This document shows positions 1 through 12,900 of a stretch of DNA of 51,875 nt, piece after piece. The position numbers and the translations under genes are program-made. The notes under the pieces were generated by a model. The model searched no databases and was not told the origin of the DNA. It saw only the letters and a program-made list of their open reading frames with translations. Position 1 is the stretch's first letter. Every line of letters starts with the position of its first letter. This DNA comes from Nemertoderma westbladi (Eukaryota > Animalia > Xenacoelomorpha), in assembly GCA_032718475.1 (NCBI GenBank), contig JAUCBJ010003666.1:1-51875 (forward strand), read 5' to 3'.

Positions 1-90
1 ATGTCGCGTATCCGTACCACCCCTCTCGAACCCCTAAGGGTTCGGTCATCGAGAACCAGTACGGCTTGGCTAGGAGTCTGTCGTGTCGGT

Positions 91-174
91 GGACCCGTTC
101 GCGTGTCCGTTCCACCCCTCACGAACCCCGAAGGGTTCGATCATCGAGAACCAGAACGGCTTGGCTAGGGGTCC
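91..174 (-). ncRNA. Representative module A: putative kink-turn plus cUUCGg hairpin RNA motif
   Basis: The minus strand reads GGACCC-ctagccaag-CCGTTC-tggt-TCTC-gat-GA-t-CGAACCC-TTCG-GGGTTCG-t-GA-GGGG-tg-GAACGG-acacgcgaac-GGGTCC. This gives a closing stem, an inner stem, canonical K-turn geometry (3-nt GAU bulge, tandem G.A/A.G, U.U) and a UUCG loop. Folded by eye only; no expression evidence. Confidence 0.45.
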
Positions 175-726
175 GTCAGTTCATCACAGAAACCCAACCA
201 CCTAGGCTTTCCGAGTCCTTTTCAGGCTCGTAGTCGCTTCGGCAGCCGAGAAACTGCTCCGAACAGTCGGTAGGCCAGTAGAGTCTAGTCGAGTCTAGTC
301 CTTTGTCTTTCGACCCCATCGCGTGTCCGTTCCACCCCTCACGAACCCCGAAGGGAACGATCATCGAGAACCAGAACGGCTTGGCTAAGGGGTCTGTCGT
401 CGGTTCCCGTCGCGAATCACAGTCAAGCAGTCAGCGTTCCGAGTCCTTTTCAGGCTCGTAGTAGCCGCAGTTGACCCGAGACCGCTAAGGGCAGTCCTTG
501 TCAAACCAGTCCTGTGGCCAGCCCTTTCGCATGTCCGTCCCACCCCTCACGAACCCCGAAGGGATCGGTCATCGAGAACCAGTACGGCTTAGGTCAGGGG
601 GCAGTCTTAAGTTGGCCACCTGTTCGCGTGTCCGCTCCACCCCTCACGAACCCCGGGGTTCGATCATCGAGACCCAGAACGGCTTGGCTACTAAGGGGCC
701 GTCGGTGCCCGTCGCAAATCCCTGAC

Positions 727-805
727 ACAAGCAGTCAGCGTTCCGAGTCCTTTTCAGGCTCGTAGTAGCTGCCGTTGGCCAGGGACCGCTAAGGGCAGTC
801 CTTGT
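727..805 (-). ncRNA. Representative module B: putative multi-stem RNA motif with a GAAA tetraloop
   Basis: The minus strand has an ACAAG/CTTGT closing stem, a TTAGCG/CGCTGA stem (one G.U) and a CGAG-CCT-GAAA-AGG-a-CTCG hairpin. A second full copy is at 424-500 and a core-only copy at 209-234. Confidence 0.35.
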
Positions 806-889
806 CCTTTAGGCCTGGCGCATTACCAAATCCACCCCTACAGGCAGCAGGAAGTTGGCCAGGGCCTAATAGTACTCAGGCTAACCTGA

Positions 890-986
890 ATACTGCTTGC
901 ATTTTCCATCCCCCCTGGCCCTTATAACTATGAAATTATTCCCGTACCCTGTAAGTTGCCCCAAAGTTCGCCCATAAATCGCCCCC
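890..986 (-). promoter_or_regulatory. Possible Pol II core promoter pointing into the structured block
   Basis: Minus-strand TATAAG (926-921) lies 32 nt upstream of the A of an Inr-like GCAGTA (894). Three GC-box-like GGG(G)C(G)A motifs lie at 955-986. These are short motifs and could be chance. Confidence 0.2.
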
Positions 987-3900
987 AGTTTATTGAATGT
1001 GCCCAAAACCCATGGTCCCGCACCCAGTAGTAATATCGGAATAATCAATTTTAATAAAATACAAAAATATTCAACTCGCGTTATGGAAAGTTGAAATACC
1101 GCGAACAGTAGGACTGTCGAAACTATTACTGGTTGTACATGTAGGACTGTCGAAACTATTACAGGTTGTACATGTAGGACTGTCGAAACTATTACAGGTT
1201 GTACATGCAGTACTGTCGAAACTATTACAGGTTGTACATGTAGGACTGTCGAAACTATTACAGGTTGTACATGTAGGACTGTCGAAACTATTACAGGTTG
1301 TACATGTAGGACTGTCGAAACTATTACAGGTTGTACATGCAGGACTGTCGAAACTATTACAGGTTGTACATGTAGGACTGTCGAAACTATTACTGGTTGT
1401 ACATGTAGGACTGTCGAAACTATTACAGGTTGTACATGTAGGACTGTCGAAACTATTACAGGTTGTACATGCAGTACTGTCGAAACTATTACAGGTTGTA
1501 CATGCAGTACTGTCGAAACTATTACAGGTTGTACATGCAGTACTGTCGAAACTATTACAGGTTGTACATGTAGGACTGTCGAAACTATTACAGGTTGTAC
1601 ATGTAGGACTGTCGAAACTATTACAGGTTGTACATGCAGGACTGTCGAAACTATTACAGGTTGTACATGTAGGACTGTCGAAACTATTACTGGTTGTACA
1701 TGTAGGACTGTCGAAACTATTACAGGTTGTACATGCAGTACTGTCGAAACTATTACAGGTTGTACATGTAGGACTGTCGAAACTATTACTGGTTGTACAT
1801 GTAGGACTGTCGAAACTATTACTGGTTGTACATGTAGGACTGTCGAAACTATTACAGGTTGTACATGTAGGACTGTCGAAACTATTACAGGTTGTACATG
1901 CAGTACTGTCGAAACTATTACAGGTTGTACATGTAGGACTGTCGAAACTATTACTGGTTGTACATGTAGGACTGTCGAAACTATTACTGGTTGTACATGT
2001 AGGACTGTCGAAACTATTACATGTTGTACATGTAGGACTGTCGAAACTATTACAGGTTGTACATGCAGGACTGTCGAAACTATTACATGTTGTACATGTA
2101 GGACTGTCGAAACTATTACTGGTTGTACATGCAGGACTGTCGAAACTATTACTGGTTGTACATGCAGGACTGTCGAAACTATTACTGGTTGTACATGCAG
2201 GACTGTCGAAACTATTACTGGTTGTACATGTAGGACTGTCGAAACTATTACAGGTTGTACATGCCGGACTGTCGAAACTATTACAGGTTGTACATGTAGG
2301 ACTGTCGAAACTATTACATGTTGTACATGTAGGACTGTCGAAACTATTACTGGTTGTACATGCAGGACTGTCGAAACTATTACAGGTTGTACATGTAGGA
2401 CTGACGAAACTATTACTGGTTGTACATGCAGGACTGTCGAAACTATTACATGTTGTACATGCCGGACTGTCGAAACTATTACATGTTGTACATGTAGGAC
2501 TGACGAAACTATTACTGGTTGTACATGCAGGACTGTCGAAACTATTACATGTTGTACATGCCGGACTGTCGAAACTATTACTGGTTGTACATGCAGGACT
2601 GTCGAAACTATTACAGGTTGTACATGCAGGACTGTCTTAACTATTACTGGTTGTACATGTAGGACTGTCGAAACTATTACTGGTTGTACATGTAGGACTG
2701 TCGAAACTATTACAGGTTGTACATGTAGGACTGTCGAAACTATTACAGGTTGTACATGCAGTACTGTCGAAACTATTACAGGTTGTACATGTAGGACTGT
2801 CGAAACTATTACTGGTTGTACATGTAGGACTGTCGAAACTATTACTGGTTGTGCATGTAGGACTGTCGAAACTATTACAGGTTGTACATGTAGGACTGTC
2901 GAAACTATTACAGGTTGTACATGTAGGACTGTCGAAACTATTACTGGTTGTACATGCAGGACTGTCGAAACTATTACATGTTGTACATGCCGGACTGTCG
3001 AAACTATTACTGGTTGTACATGTAGGACTGTCGAAACTATTACTGGTTGTACATGTAGGACTGTCGAAACTATTACATGTTGTACATGCAGGACTGTCGA
3101 AACTATTACTGGTTGTACATGCAGGACTGTCGAAACTATTACAGGTTGTACATGCCGGACTGTCGAAACTATTACAGGTTGTACATGTAGGACTGTCGAA
3201 ACTATTACATGTTGTACATGTAGGACTGTCGAAACTATTACAGGTTGTACATGCAGGACTGTCGAAACTATTACATGTTGTACATGTAGGACTGTCGAAA
3301 CTATTACTGGTTGTACACGCAGGACTGTCGAAACTATTACTGGTTGTACATGCAGGACTGTCGAAACTATTACTGGTTGTACATGTATGACTGTCGAAAC
3401 TATTACAGGTTGTACATGCCGGTCTGTCGAAACTATTACAGGTTGTACATGTAGGACTGTCGAAACTATTACATGTTGTACATGTAGGACTGTCGAAACT
3501 ATTACTGGTTGTACATGCAGGACTGTCGAAACTATTACTGGTTGTACATGCAGGACTGTCGAAACTATTACAGGTTGTACATGCCGGACTGTCGAAACTA
3601 TTACAGGTTGTACATGTAGGACTGTCGAAACTATTACATGTTGTACATGTAGGACTGTCGAAACTATTACTGGTTGTACATGCAGGACTGTCGAAACTAT
3701 TACTGGTTGTACATGCAGGACTGTCGAAACTATTACAGGTTGTACATGCCGGACTGTCGAAACTATTACAGATTGTACATGTAGGACTGTCGAAACTATT
3801 ACTGGTTGTACATGCAGGACTGTCGAAACTATTACTGGTTGTACATGCAGGACTGTCGAAACTATTACTGGTTGTACATGCAGGACTGTCTTAACTATTA

Positions 3901-6900
3901 CTGGTTGTACATGCAGGACTGTCGAAACTATTACTGGTTGTACATGCAGGACTGTCGAAACTATTACTGGTTGTACATGTAGGACTGTCGAAACTATTAC
4001 TGGTTGTACATGCAGGACTGTCGAAACTATTACTGGTTGTACATGTAGGACTGTCGAAACTATTACAGGTTGTACATGTAGGACTGTCGAAACTATTACA
4101 TGTTGTACATGCAGGACTGTCGAAACTATTACTGGTTGTACATGCAGGACTGTCGAAACTATTACATGTTGTACATGTAGGACTGTCGAAACTATTACAT
4201 GTTGTACATGTAGGACTGTCGAAACTATTACATGTTGTACATGTAGGACTGTCGAAACTATTACATGTTGTACATGCAGGACTGTCGAAACTATTACTGG
4301 TTGTACATGCAGGACTGTCGAAACTATTACATGTTGTACATGTAGGACTGTCGAAACTATTACATGTTGTACATGTAGGACTGTCGAAACTATTACATGT
4401 TGTACATGTAGGACTGTCGAAACTATTACATGTTGTACATGCAGGACTGTCGAAACTATTACATGTTGTACATGCAGGACTGTCGAAACTATTACAGGTT
4501 GTACATGTAGGACTGTCGAAACTATTACTGGTTGTACATGCAGGACTGTCGAAACTATTACAGGTTGTACATGTAGGACTGTCGAAACTATTACTGGTTG
4601 TACATGTAGGACTGTCGAAACTATTACTGGTTGTACATGCAGGACTGTCGAAACTATTACTGGTTGTACATGCAGGACTGTCGAAACTATTACTGGTTGT
4701 ACATGTAGGACTGTCGAAACTATTACTGGTTGTACATGCAGGACTGTCGAAACTATTACAGGTTGTACATGTAGGACTGTCGAAACTATTACTGGTTGTA
4801 CATGCAGGACTGTCGAAACTATTACTGGTTGTACATGTAGGACTGTCGAAACTATTACTGGTTGTACATGTAGGACTGTCGAAACTATTACTGGTTGTAC
4901 ATGCAGGACTGTCGAAACTATTACTGGTTGTACATGCAGGACTGTCGAAACTATTACTGGTTGTACATGTAGGACTGTCGAAACTATTACAGGTTGTACA
5001 TGCAGGACTGTCGAAACTATTACAGGTTGTACATGCAGGACTGTCGAAACTATTACTGGTTGTACATGTAGGACTGTCGAAACTATTACTGGTTGTACAT
5101 GCAGGACTGTCGAAACTATTACAGGTTGTACATGTAGGACTGTCGAAACTATTACTGGTTGTACATGCAGGACTGTCGAAACTATTACTGGTTGTACATG
5201 TAGGACTGTCGAAACTATTACTGGTTGTACATGTAGGACTGTCGAAACTATTACTGGTTGTACATGCAGGACTGTCGAAACTATTACTGGTTGTACATGC
5301 AGGACTGTCGAAACTATTACTGGTTGTACATGTAGGACTGTCGAAACTATTACAGGTTGTACATGCAGGACTGTCGAAACTATTACTGGTTGTACATGTA
5401 GGACTGTCGAAACTATTACTGGTTGTACATGCAGGACTGTCGAAACTATTACTGGTTGTACATGTAGGACTGTCGAAACTATTACAGGTTGTACATGTAG
5501 GACTGTCGAAACTATTACAGGTTGTACATGCAGGACTGTCGAAACTATTACAGGTTGTACATGTAGGACTGTCGAAACTATTACAGGTTGTACATGCAGG
5601 ACTGTCGAAACTATTACAGGTTGTACATGTAGGACTGTCGAAACTATTACTGGTTGTACATGTAGGACTGTCGAAACTATTACAGGTTGTACATGTAGGA
5701 CTGTCGAAACTATTACAGGTTGTACATGCAGGACTGTCGAAACTATTACAGGTTGTACATGTAGGACTGTCGAAACTATTACTGGTTGTACATGTAGGAC
5801 TGTCGAAACTATTACTGGTTGTACATGTAGGACTGTCGAAACTATTACAGGTTGTACATGTAGGACTGTCGAAACTATTACTGGTTGTACATGTAGGACT
5901 GTCGAAACTATTACAGGTTGTACATGTAGGACTGTCGAAACTATTACAGGTTGTACATGTAGGACTGTCGAAACTATTACTGGTTGTACATGTAGGACTG
6001 TCGAAACTATTACTGGTTGTGCATGTAGGACTGTCGAAACTATTACAGGTTGTACATGTAGGACTGTCGAAACTATTACAGGTTGTACATGTAGGACTGT
6101 CGAAACTATTACTGGTTGTACATGTAGGACTGTCGAAACTATTACTGGTTGTACATGTAGGACTGTCGAAACTATTACTGGTTGTACATGTAGGACTGTC
6201 GAAACTATTACTGGTTGTACATGTAGGACTGTCGAAACTATTACATGGTGTACATGCAGGACTGTCGAAACTATTACTGGTTGTACATGCAGGACTGTCG
6301 AAACTATTACAGGTTGTACATGCCGGACTGTCGAAACTATTACAGGTTGTACATGTAGGACTGTCGAAACTATTACATGTTGTACATGTAGGACTGTCGA
6401 AACTATTACAGGTTGTACATGCAGGACTGTCGAAACTATTACATGTTGTACATGTAGGACTGTCGAAACTATTACTGGTTGTACATGCCGGACTGTCGAA
6501 ACTATTACTGGTTGTACATGTAGGACTGTCGAAACTATTACTGGTTGTACATGTAGGACTGTCGAAACTATTACATGGTGTACATGCAGGACTGTCGAAA
6601 CTATTACTGGTTGTACATGCAGGACTGTCGAAACTATTACAGGTTGTACATGCCGGACTGTCGAAACTATTACAGGTTGTACATGTAGGACTGTCGAAAC
6701 TATTACATGTTGTACATGTAGGACTGTCGAAACTATTACAGGTTGTACATGCAGGACTGTCGAAACTATTACATGTTGTACATGTAGGACTGTCGAAACT
6801 ATTACAGGTTGTACATGCAGGACTGTCGAAACTATTACTGGTTGTACATGCAGGACTGTCGAAACTATTACTGGTTGTACATGTAGGACTGTCGAAACTA

Positions 6901-9900
6901 TTACAGGTTGTACATGCCGGACTGTCGAAACTATTACAGGTTGTACATGTAGGACTGTCGAAACTATTACATGTTGTACATGTAGGACTGTCGAAACTAT
7001 TACTGGTTGTACATGCAGGACTGTCGAAACTATTACTGGTTGTACATGCAGGACTGTCGAAACTATTACAGGTTGTACATGCCGGACTGTCGAAACTATT
7101 ACAGGTTGTACATGTAGGACTGTCGAAACTATTACATGTTGTACATGTAGGACTGTCGAAACTATTACTGGTTGTACATGCAGGACTGTCGAAACTATTA
7201 CTGGTTGTACATGCAGGACTGTCGAAACTATTACAGGTTGTACATGCCGGACTGTCGAAACTATTACAGATTGTACATGTAGGACTGTCGAAACTATTAC
7301 TGGTTGTACATGCAGGACTGTCGAAACTATTACTGGTTGTACATGCAGGACTGTCGAAACTATTACTGGTTGTACATGCAGGACTGTCGAAACTATTACT
7401 GGTTGTACATGTAGGACTGTCGAAACTATTACTGGTTGTACATGTAGGACTGTCGAAACTATTACTGGTTGTACATGCAGGACTGTCGAAACTATTACAT
7501 GTTGTACATGTAGGACTGTCGAAACTATTACATGTTGTACATGTAGGACTGTCGAAACTATTACATGTTGTACATGCAGGACTGTCGAAACTATTACTGG
7601 TTGTACATGTAGGACTGTCGAAACTATTACTGGTTGTACATGCAGGACTGTCGAAACTATTACAGGTTGTACATGTAGGACTGTCGAAACTATTACTGGT
7701 TGTACATGCAGGACTGTCGAAACTATTACTGGTTGTACATGCAGGACTGTCGAAACTATTACAGGTTGTACATGCCGGACTGTCGAAACTATTACAGATT
7801 GTACATGTAGGACTGTCGAAACTATTACTGGTTGTACATGCAGGACTGTCGAAACTATTACTGGTTGTACATGCAGGACTGTCGAAACTATTACTGGTTG
7901 TACATGCAGGACTGTCGAAACTATTACTGGTTGTACATGTAGGACTGTCGAAACTATTACAGGTTGTACATGTAGGACTGTCGAAACTATTACTGGTTGT
8001 ACATGCAGGACTGTCGAAACTATTACAGGTTGTACATGTAGGACTGTCGAAACTATTACTGGTTGTACATGCAGGACTGTCGAAACTATTACAGGTTGTA
8101 CATGTAGGACTGTCGAAACTATTACTGGTTGTACATGCAGGACTGTCGAAACTATTACTGGTTGTACATGCAGGACTGTCGAAACTATTACAGGTTGTAC
8201 ATGCCGGACTGTCGAAACTATTACAGATTGTACATGTAGGACTGTCGAAACTATTACTGGTTGTACATGCAGGACTGTCGAAACTATTACTGGTTGTACA
8301 TGCAGGACTGTCGAAACTATTACTGGTTGTACATGCAGGACTGTCGAAACTATTACTGGTTGTACATGTAGGACTGTCGAAACTATTACTGGTTGTACAT
8401 GTAGGACTGTCGAAACTATTACTGGTTGTACATGCAGGACTGTCGAAACTATTACATGTTGTACATGTAGGACTGTCGAAACTATTACATGTTGTACATG
8501 TAGGACTGTCGAAACTATTACATGTTGTACATGCAGGACTGTCGAAACTATTACTGGTTGTACATGTAGGACTGTCGAAACTATTACTGGTTGTACATGC
8601 AGGACTGTCGAAACTATTACAGGTTGTACATGTAGGACTGTCGAAACTATTACTGGTTGTACATGTAGGACTGTCGAAACTATTACTGGTTGTACATGCA
8701 GGACTGTCGAAACTATTACTGGTTGTACATGCAGGACTGTCGAAACTATTACTGGTTGTACATGTAGGACTGTCGAAACTATTACTGGTTGTACATGCAG
8801 GACTGTCGAAACTATTACAGGTTGTACATGTAGGACTGTCGAAACTATTACATGTTGTACATGTAGGACTGTCGAAACTATTACTGGTTGTACATGCAGG
8901 ACTGTCGAAACTATTACAGGTTGTACATGTAGGACTGTCGAAACTATTACAGGTTGTACATGCCGGACTGTCGAAACTATTACAGGTTGTACATGTAGGA
9001 CTGTCGAAACTATTACATGTTGTACATGTAGGACTGTCGAAACTATTACAGATTGTACATGTAGGACTGTCGAAACTATTACAGGTTGTACATGCAGGAC
9101 TGTCGAAACTATTACATGTTGTACATGTAGGACTGTCGAAACTATTACATGTTGTACATGCAGGACTGTCTAACTATTACATGTTGTACATGTAGGACTG
9201 TCGAAACTATTACATGTTGTACATGTAGGACTGTCGAAACTATTACTGGTTGTACATGCAGGACTGTCGAAACTATTACTGGTTGTACATGTAGGACTGT
9301 CGAAACTATTACAGGTTGTACATGTAGGACTGTCGAAACTATTACATGTTGTACATGCAGGACTGTCGAAACTATTACATGTTGTACATGCAGGACTGTC
9401 GAAACTATTACATGTTGTACATGCAGGACTGTCGAAACTATTACATGTTGTACATGTAGGACTGTCGAAACTATTACTGGTTGTACATGCAGGACTGTCG
9501 AAACTATTACAGGTTGTACATGTAGGACTGTCGAAACTATTACTGGTTGTACATGTAGGACTGTCGAAACTATTACAGGTTGTACATGTAGGACTGTCGA
9601 AACTATTACAGGTTGTACATGCAGGACTGTCGAAACTATTACTGGTTGTACATGCAGGACTGTCGAAACTATTACAGGTTGTACATCCAGGACTGTCTTA
9701 ACTATTACTGGTTGTACATGCCGGACTGTCGAAACTATTACAGGTTGTACATGCAGGACTGTCGAAACTATTACAGGCTGTACATGTAGGACTGTCGAAA
9801 CTATTACAGGCTGTACATGTAGGACTGTCGAAACTATTACATGTTGTACATGCAGGACTGTCGAAACTATTACATGTTGTACATGCAGGACTGTCGAAAC

Positions 9901-12900
9901 TATTACATGTTGTACATGCAGGACTGTCTAACTATTACATGTTGTACATGTAGGACTGTCGAAACTATTACATGTTGTACATGTAGGACTGTCGAAACTA
10001 TTACTGGTTGTACATGCAGGACTGTCGAAACTATTACTGGTTGTACATGTAGGACTGTCGAAACTATTACAGGTTGTACATGTAGGACTGTCGAAACTAT
10101 TACATGTTGTACATGCAGGACTGTCGAAACTATTACATGTTGTACATGCAGGACTGTCGAAACTATTACATGTTGTACATGCAGGACTGTCGAAACTATT
10201 ACATGTTGTACATGTAGGACTGTCGAAACTATTACTGGTTGTACATGCAGGACTGTCGAAACTATTACAGGTTGTACATGTAGGACTGTCGAAACTATTA
10301 CTGGTTGTACATGTAGGACTGTCGAAACTATTACAGGTTGTACATGTAGGACTGTCGAAACTATTACAGGTTGTACATGCAGGACTGTCGAAACTATTAC
10401 TGGTTGTACATGCAGGACTGTCGAAACTATTACAGGTTGTACATCCAGGACTGTCTTAACTATTACTGGTTGTACATGCCGGACTGTCGAAACTATTACA
10501 GGTTGTACATGCAGGACTGTCGAAACTATTACAGGCTGTACATGTAGGACTGTCGAAACTATTACAGGCTGTACATGTAGGACTGTCGAAACTATTACTG
10601 GTTGTACATGTAGGACTGTCGAAACTATTACTGGTTGTACATGTAGGACTGTCGAAACTATTACTGGTTGTACATGTAGGACTGTCGAAACTATTACTGG
10701 TTGTACATGTACGACTGTCGAAACTATTACAGGCTGTACATGTAGGACTGTCGAAACTATTACATGTTGTACATGCAGGACTGTCGAAACTATTACTGGT
10801 TGTACATGCAGGACTGTCGAAACTATTACTGGTTGTACATGTAGGACTGTCGAAACTATTACTGGTTGTACATGCAGGACTGTCGAAACTATTACTGGTT
10901 GTACATGTAGGACTGTCGAAACTATTACTGGTTGTACATGTAGGACTGTCGAAACTATTACTGGTTGTACATGCAGGACTGTCGAAACTATTACTGGTTG
11001 TACATGTAGGACTGTCGAAACTATTACTGGTTGTACATGTAGGACTGTCGAAACTATTACTGGTTGTACATGCAGGACTGTCGAAACTATTACAGGTTGT
11101 ACATGCAGGACTGTCGAAACTATTACAGGCTGTACATGTAGGACTGTCGAAACTATTACAGGCTGTACATGTAGGACTGTCGAAACTATTACTGGTTGTA
11201 CATGTAGGACTGTCGAAACTATTACTGGTTGTACATGTAGGACTGTCGAAACTATTACTGGTTGTACATGCAGGACTGTCGAAACTATTACTGGTTGTAC
11301 ATGCCGGACTGTCGAAACTATTACTGGTTGTACATGCAGGACTGTCTTAACTATTACTGGTTGTACATGCAGGACTGTCTTAACTATTACTGGTTGTACA
11401 TGCAGGACTGTCGAAACTATTACAGGCTGTACATGCCGGACTGTCGAAACTATTACAGATTGTACATCCAGGAATGTCGAAACTATTACAGGTTGTACAT
11501 GCAGGACTGTCGAAACTATTACTGGTTGTGTACATGCAGGACTGTCTTAACTATTACTGGTTGTACATGCAGGACTGTCTTAACTATTACTGGTTGTACA
11601 TGCAGTACTGTCGAAACTATTACAGGCTGTACATGCAGGACTGTCGAAACTATTACTGGTTGTACATGCAGGACTGTCGAAACTATTACTGGTTGTACAT
11701 GCAGGACTGTCGAAACTATTACTGGTTGTACATGCAGGACTGTCGAAACTATTACAGGCTGTACATGCAGGACTGTCGAAACTATTACTGGTTGTACATG
11801 CCGGACTGTCTTAACTATTACAGGTTGTACATGCAGGACTGTCTTAACTATTACAGGTTGTACATGCCGGACTGTCGAAACTATTACAGGCTGTACATGC
11901 AGGACTGTCGAAACTATTACTGGTTGTACATGCAGGACTGTCGAAACTATTACTGGTTGTACATGCAGGACTGTCGAAACTATTACAGGCTGTACATGCA
12001 GGACTGTCGAAACTATTACTGGTTGTACATGCCGGACTGTCTTAACTATTACTGGTTGTACATGCAGGACTGTCTTAACTATTACTGGTTGTACATCCAG
12101 GACTGTCTTAACTATTACTGGTTGTACATGCAGGACTGTCTTAACTATTACTGGTTGTACATGCAGGACTGTCTTAACTATTACTGGTTGTACATGTAGG
12201 ACTGTCGAAACTATTACTGGTTGTACATGCAGGACTGTCGAAACTATTACTGGTTGTACATGCAGGACTGTCGAAACTATTACATGTTGTACATGTAGGA
12301 CTGTCGAAACTATTACAGGTTGTACATGCAGTACTGTCGAAACTATTACAGGTTGTACATCCAGGACTGTCTTAACTATTACTGGTTGTACATGCAGGAC
12401 TGTCTTAACTATTACTGGTTGTACATGCAGGACTGTCTTAACTATTACTGGTTGTACATGCAGGACTGTCGAAACTATTACTGGTTGTACATGCAGGACT
12501 GTCGAAACTATTACATGTTGTACATGTAGGACTGTCGAAACTATTACAGGTTGTACATGCAGTACTGTCGAAACTATTACTGGTTGTACATCCAGGACTG
12601 TCTTAACTATTACTGGTTGTACATGCAGGACTGTCTTAACTATTACTGGTTGTACATGCAGGACTGTCTTAACTATTACTGGTTGTACATGTAGGACTGT
12701 CGAAACTATTACATGTTGTACATGTAGGACTGTCGAAACTATTACAGGTTGTACATGCAGTACTGTCGAAACTATTACTGGTTGTACATCCAGGACTGTC
12801 TTAACTATTACTGGTTGTACATGCAGGACTGTCTTAACTATTACTGGTTGTACATGCAGGACTGTCGAAACTATTACAGGTTGTACATGCAGGACTGTCG

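Larger units (their letters stand above)
1..805 (-). repeat. Complex GC-rich block of two interleaved modules (plus-strand order A-A-B-A-B-A-A-B); candidate structured RNA or mobile-element leader, truncated by the window edge
   Basis: Module A core (plus strand, CGCGTGTCCGTTCCACCCCTCACGAACCCCGAAGGGTTCGATCATCGAGAACCAGAACGGCTTGGCT-like) lies at ~5-77, 91-174, 312-394, 521-602 and 614-700. Module B core TTCCGAGTCCTTTTCAGGCTCGTAGT is identical at 209-234, 437-462 and 741-766. Linkers are much more diverged than the cores. Confidence 0.85.

Noticed and set aside
91-174. Module A as a SECIS element or an archaeal-type H/ACA guide (AUGA/GA core; ACA or AUA just 3' of the inner stem)
   Set aside because: The helix above the GA pairs is 7 bp with a UUCG loop rather than ~11-12 bp with an apical AA. 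The ACA is only ~8 nt from the would-be pocket instead of 14-16 nt, and the pocket is largely paired.
176-765. Short ORFs of 62-83 aa in the GC-rich block
   Set aside because: The repeated modules fall in different frames and no protein motif is recognisable. Conservation follows base-pairing rather than codons.
812-828. Possible LTR primer-binding site (TGGTAATGCG on minus, TGGCGCATT on plus)
   Set aside because: I cannot match either to a tRNA 3' end, and no TG...CA LTR boundaries or gag/pol sequence are visible.
1108-1200. Hammerhead ribozyme in the 33-mer (GTCGAAAC)
   Set aside because: There is no CTGANGA core on either strand and no stems I-III.
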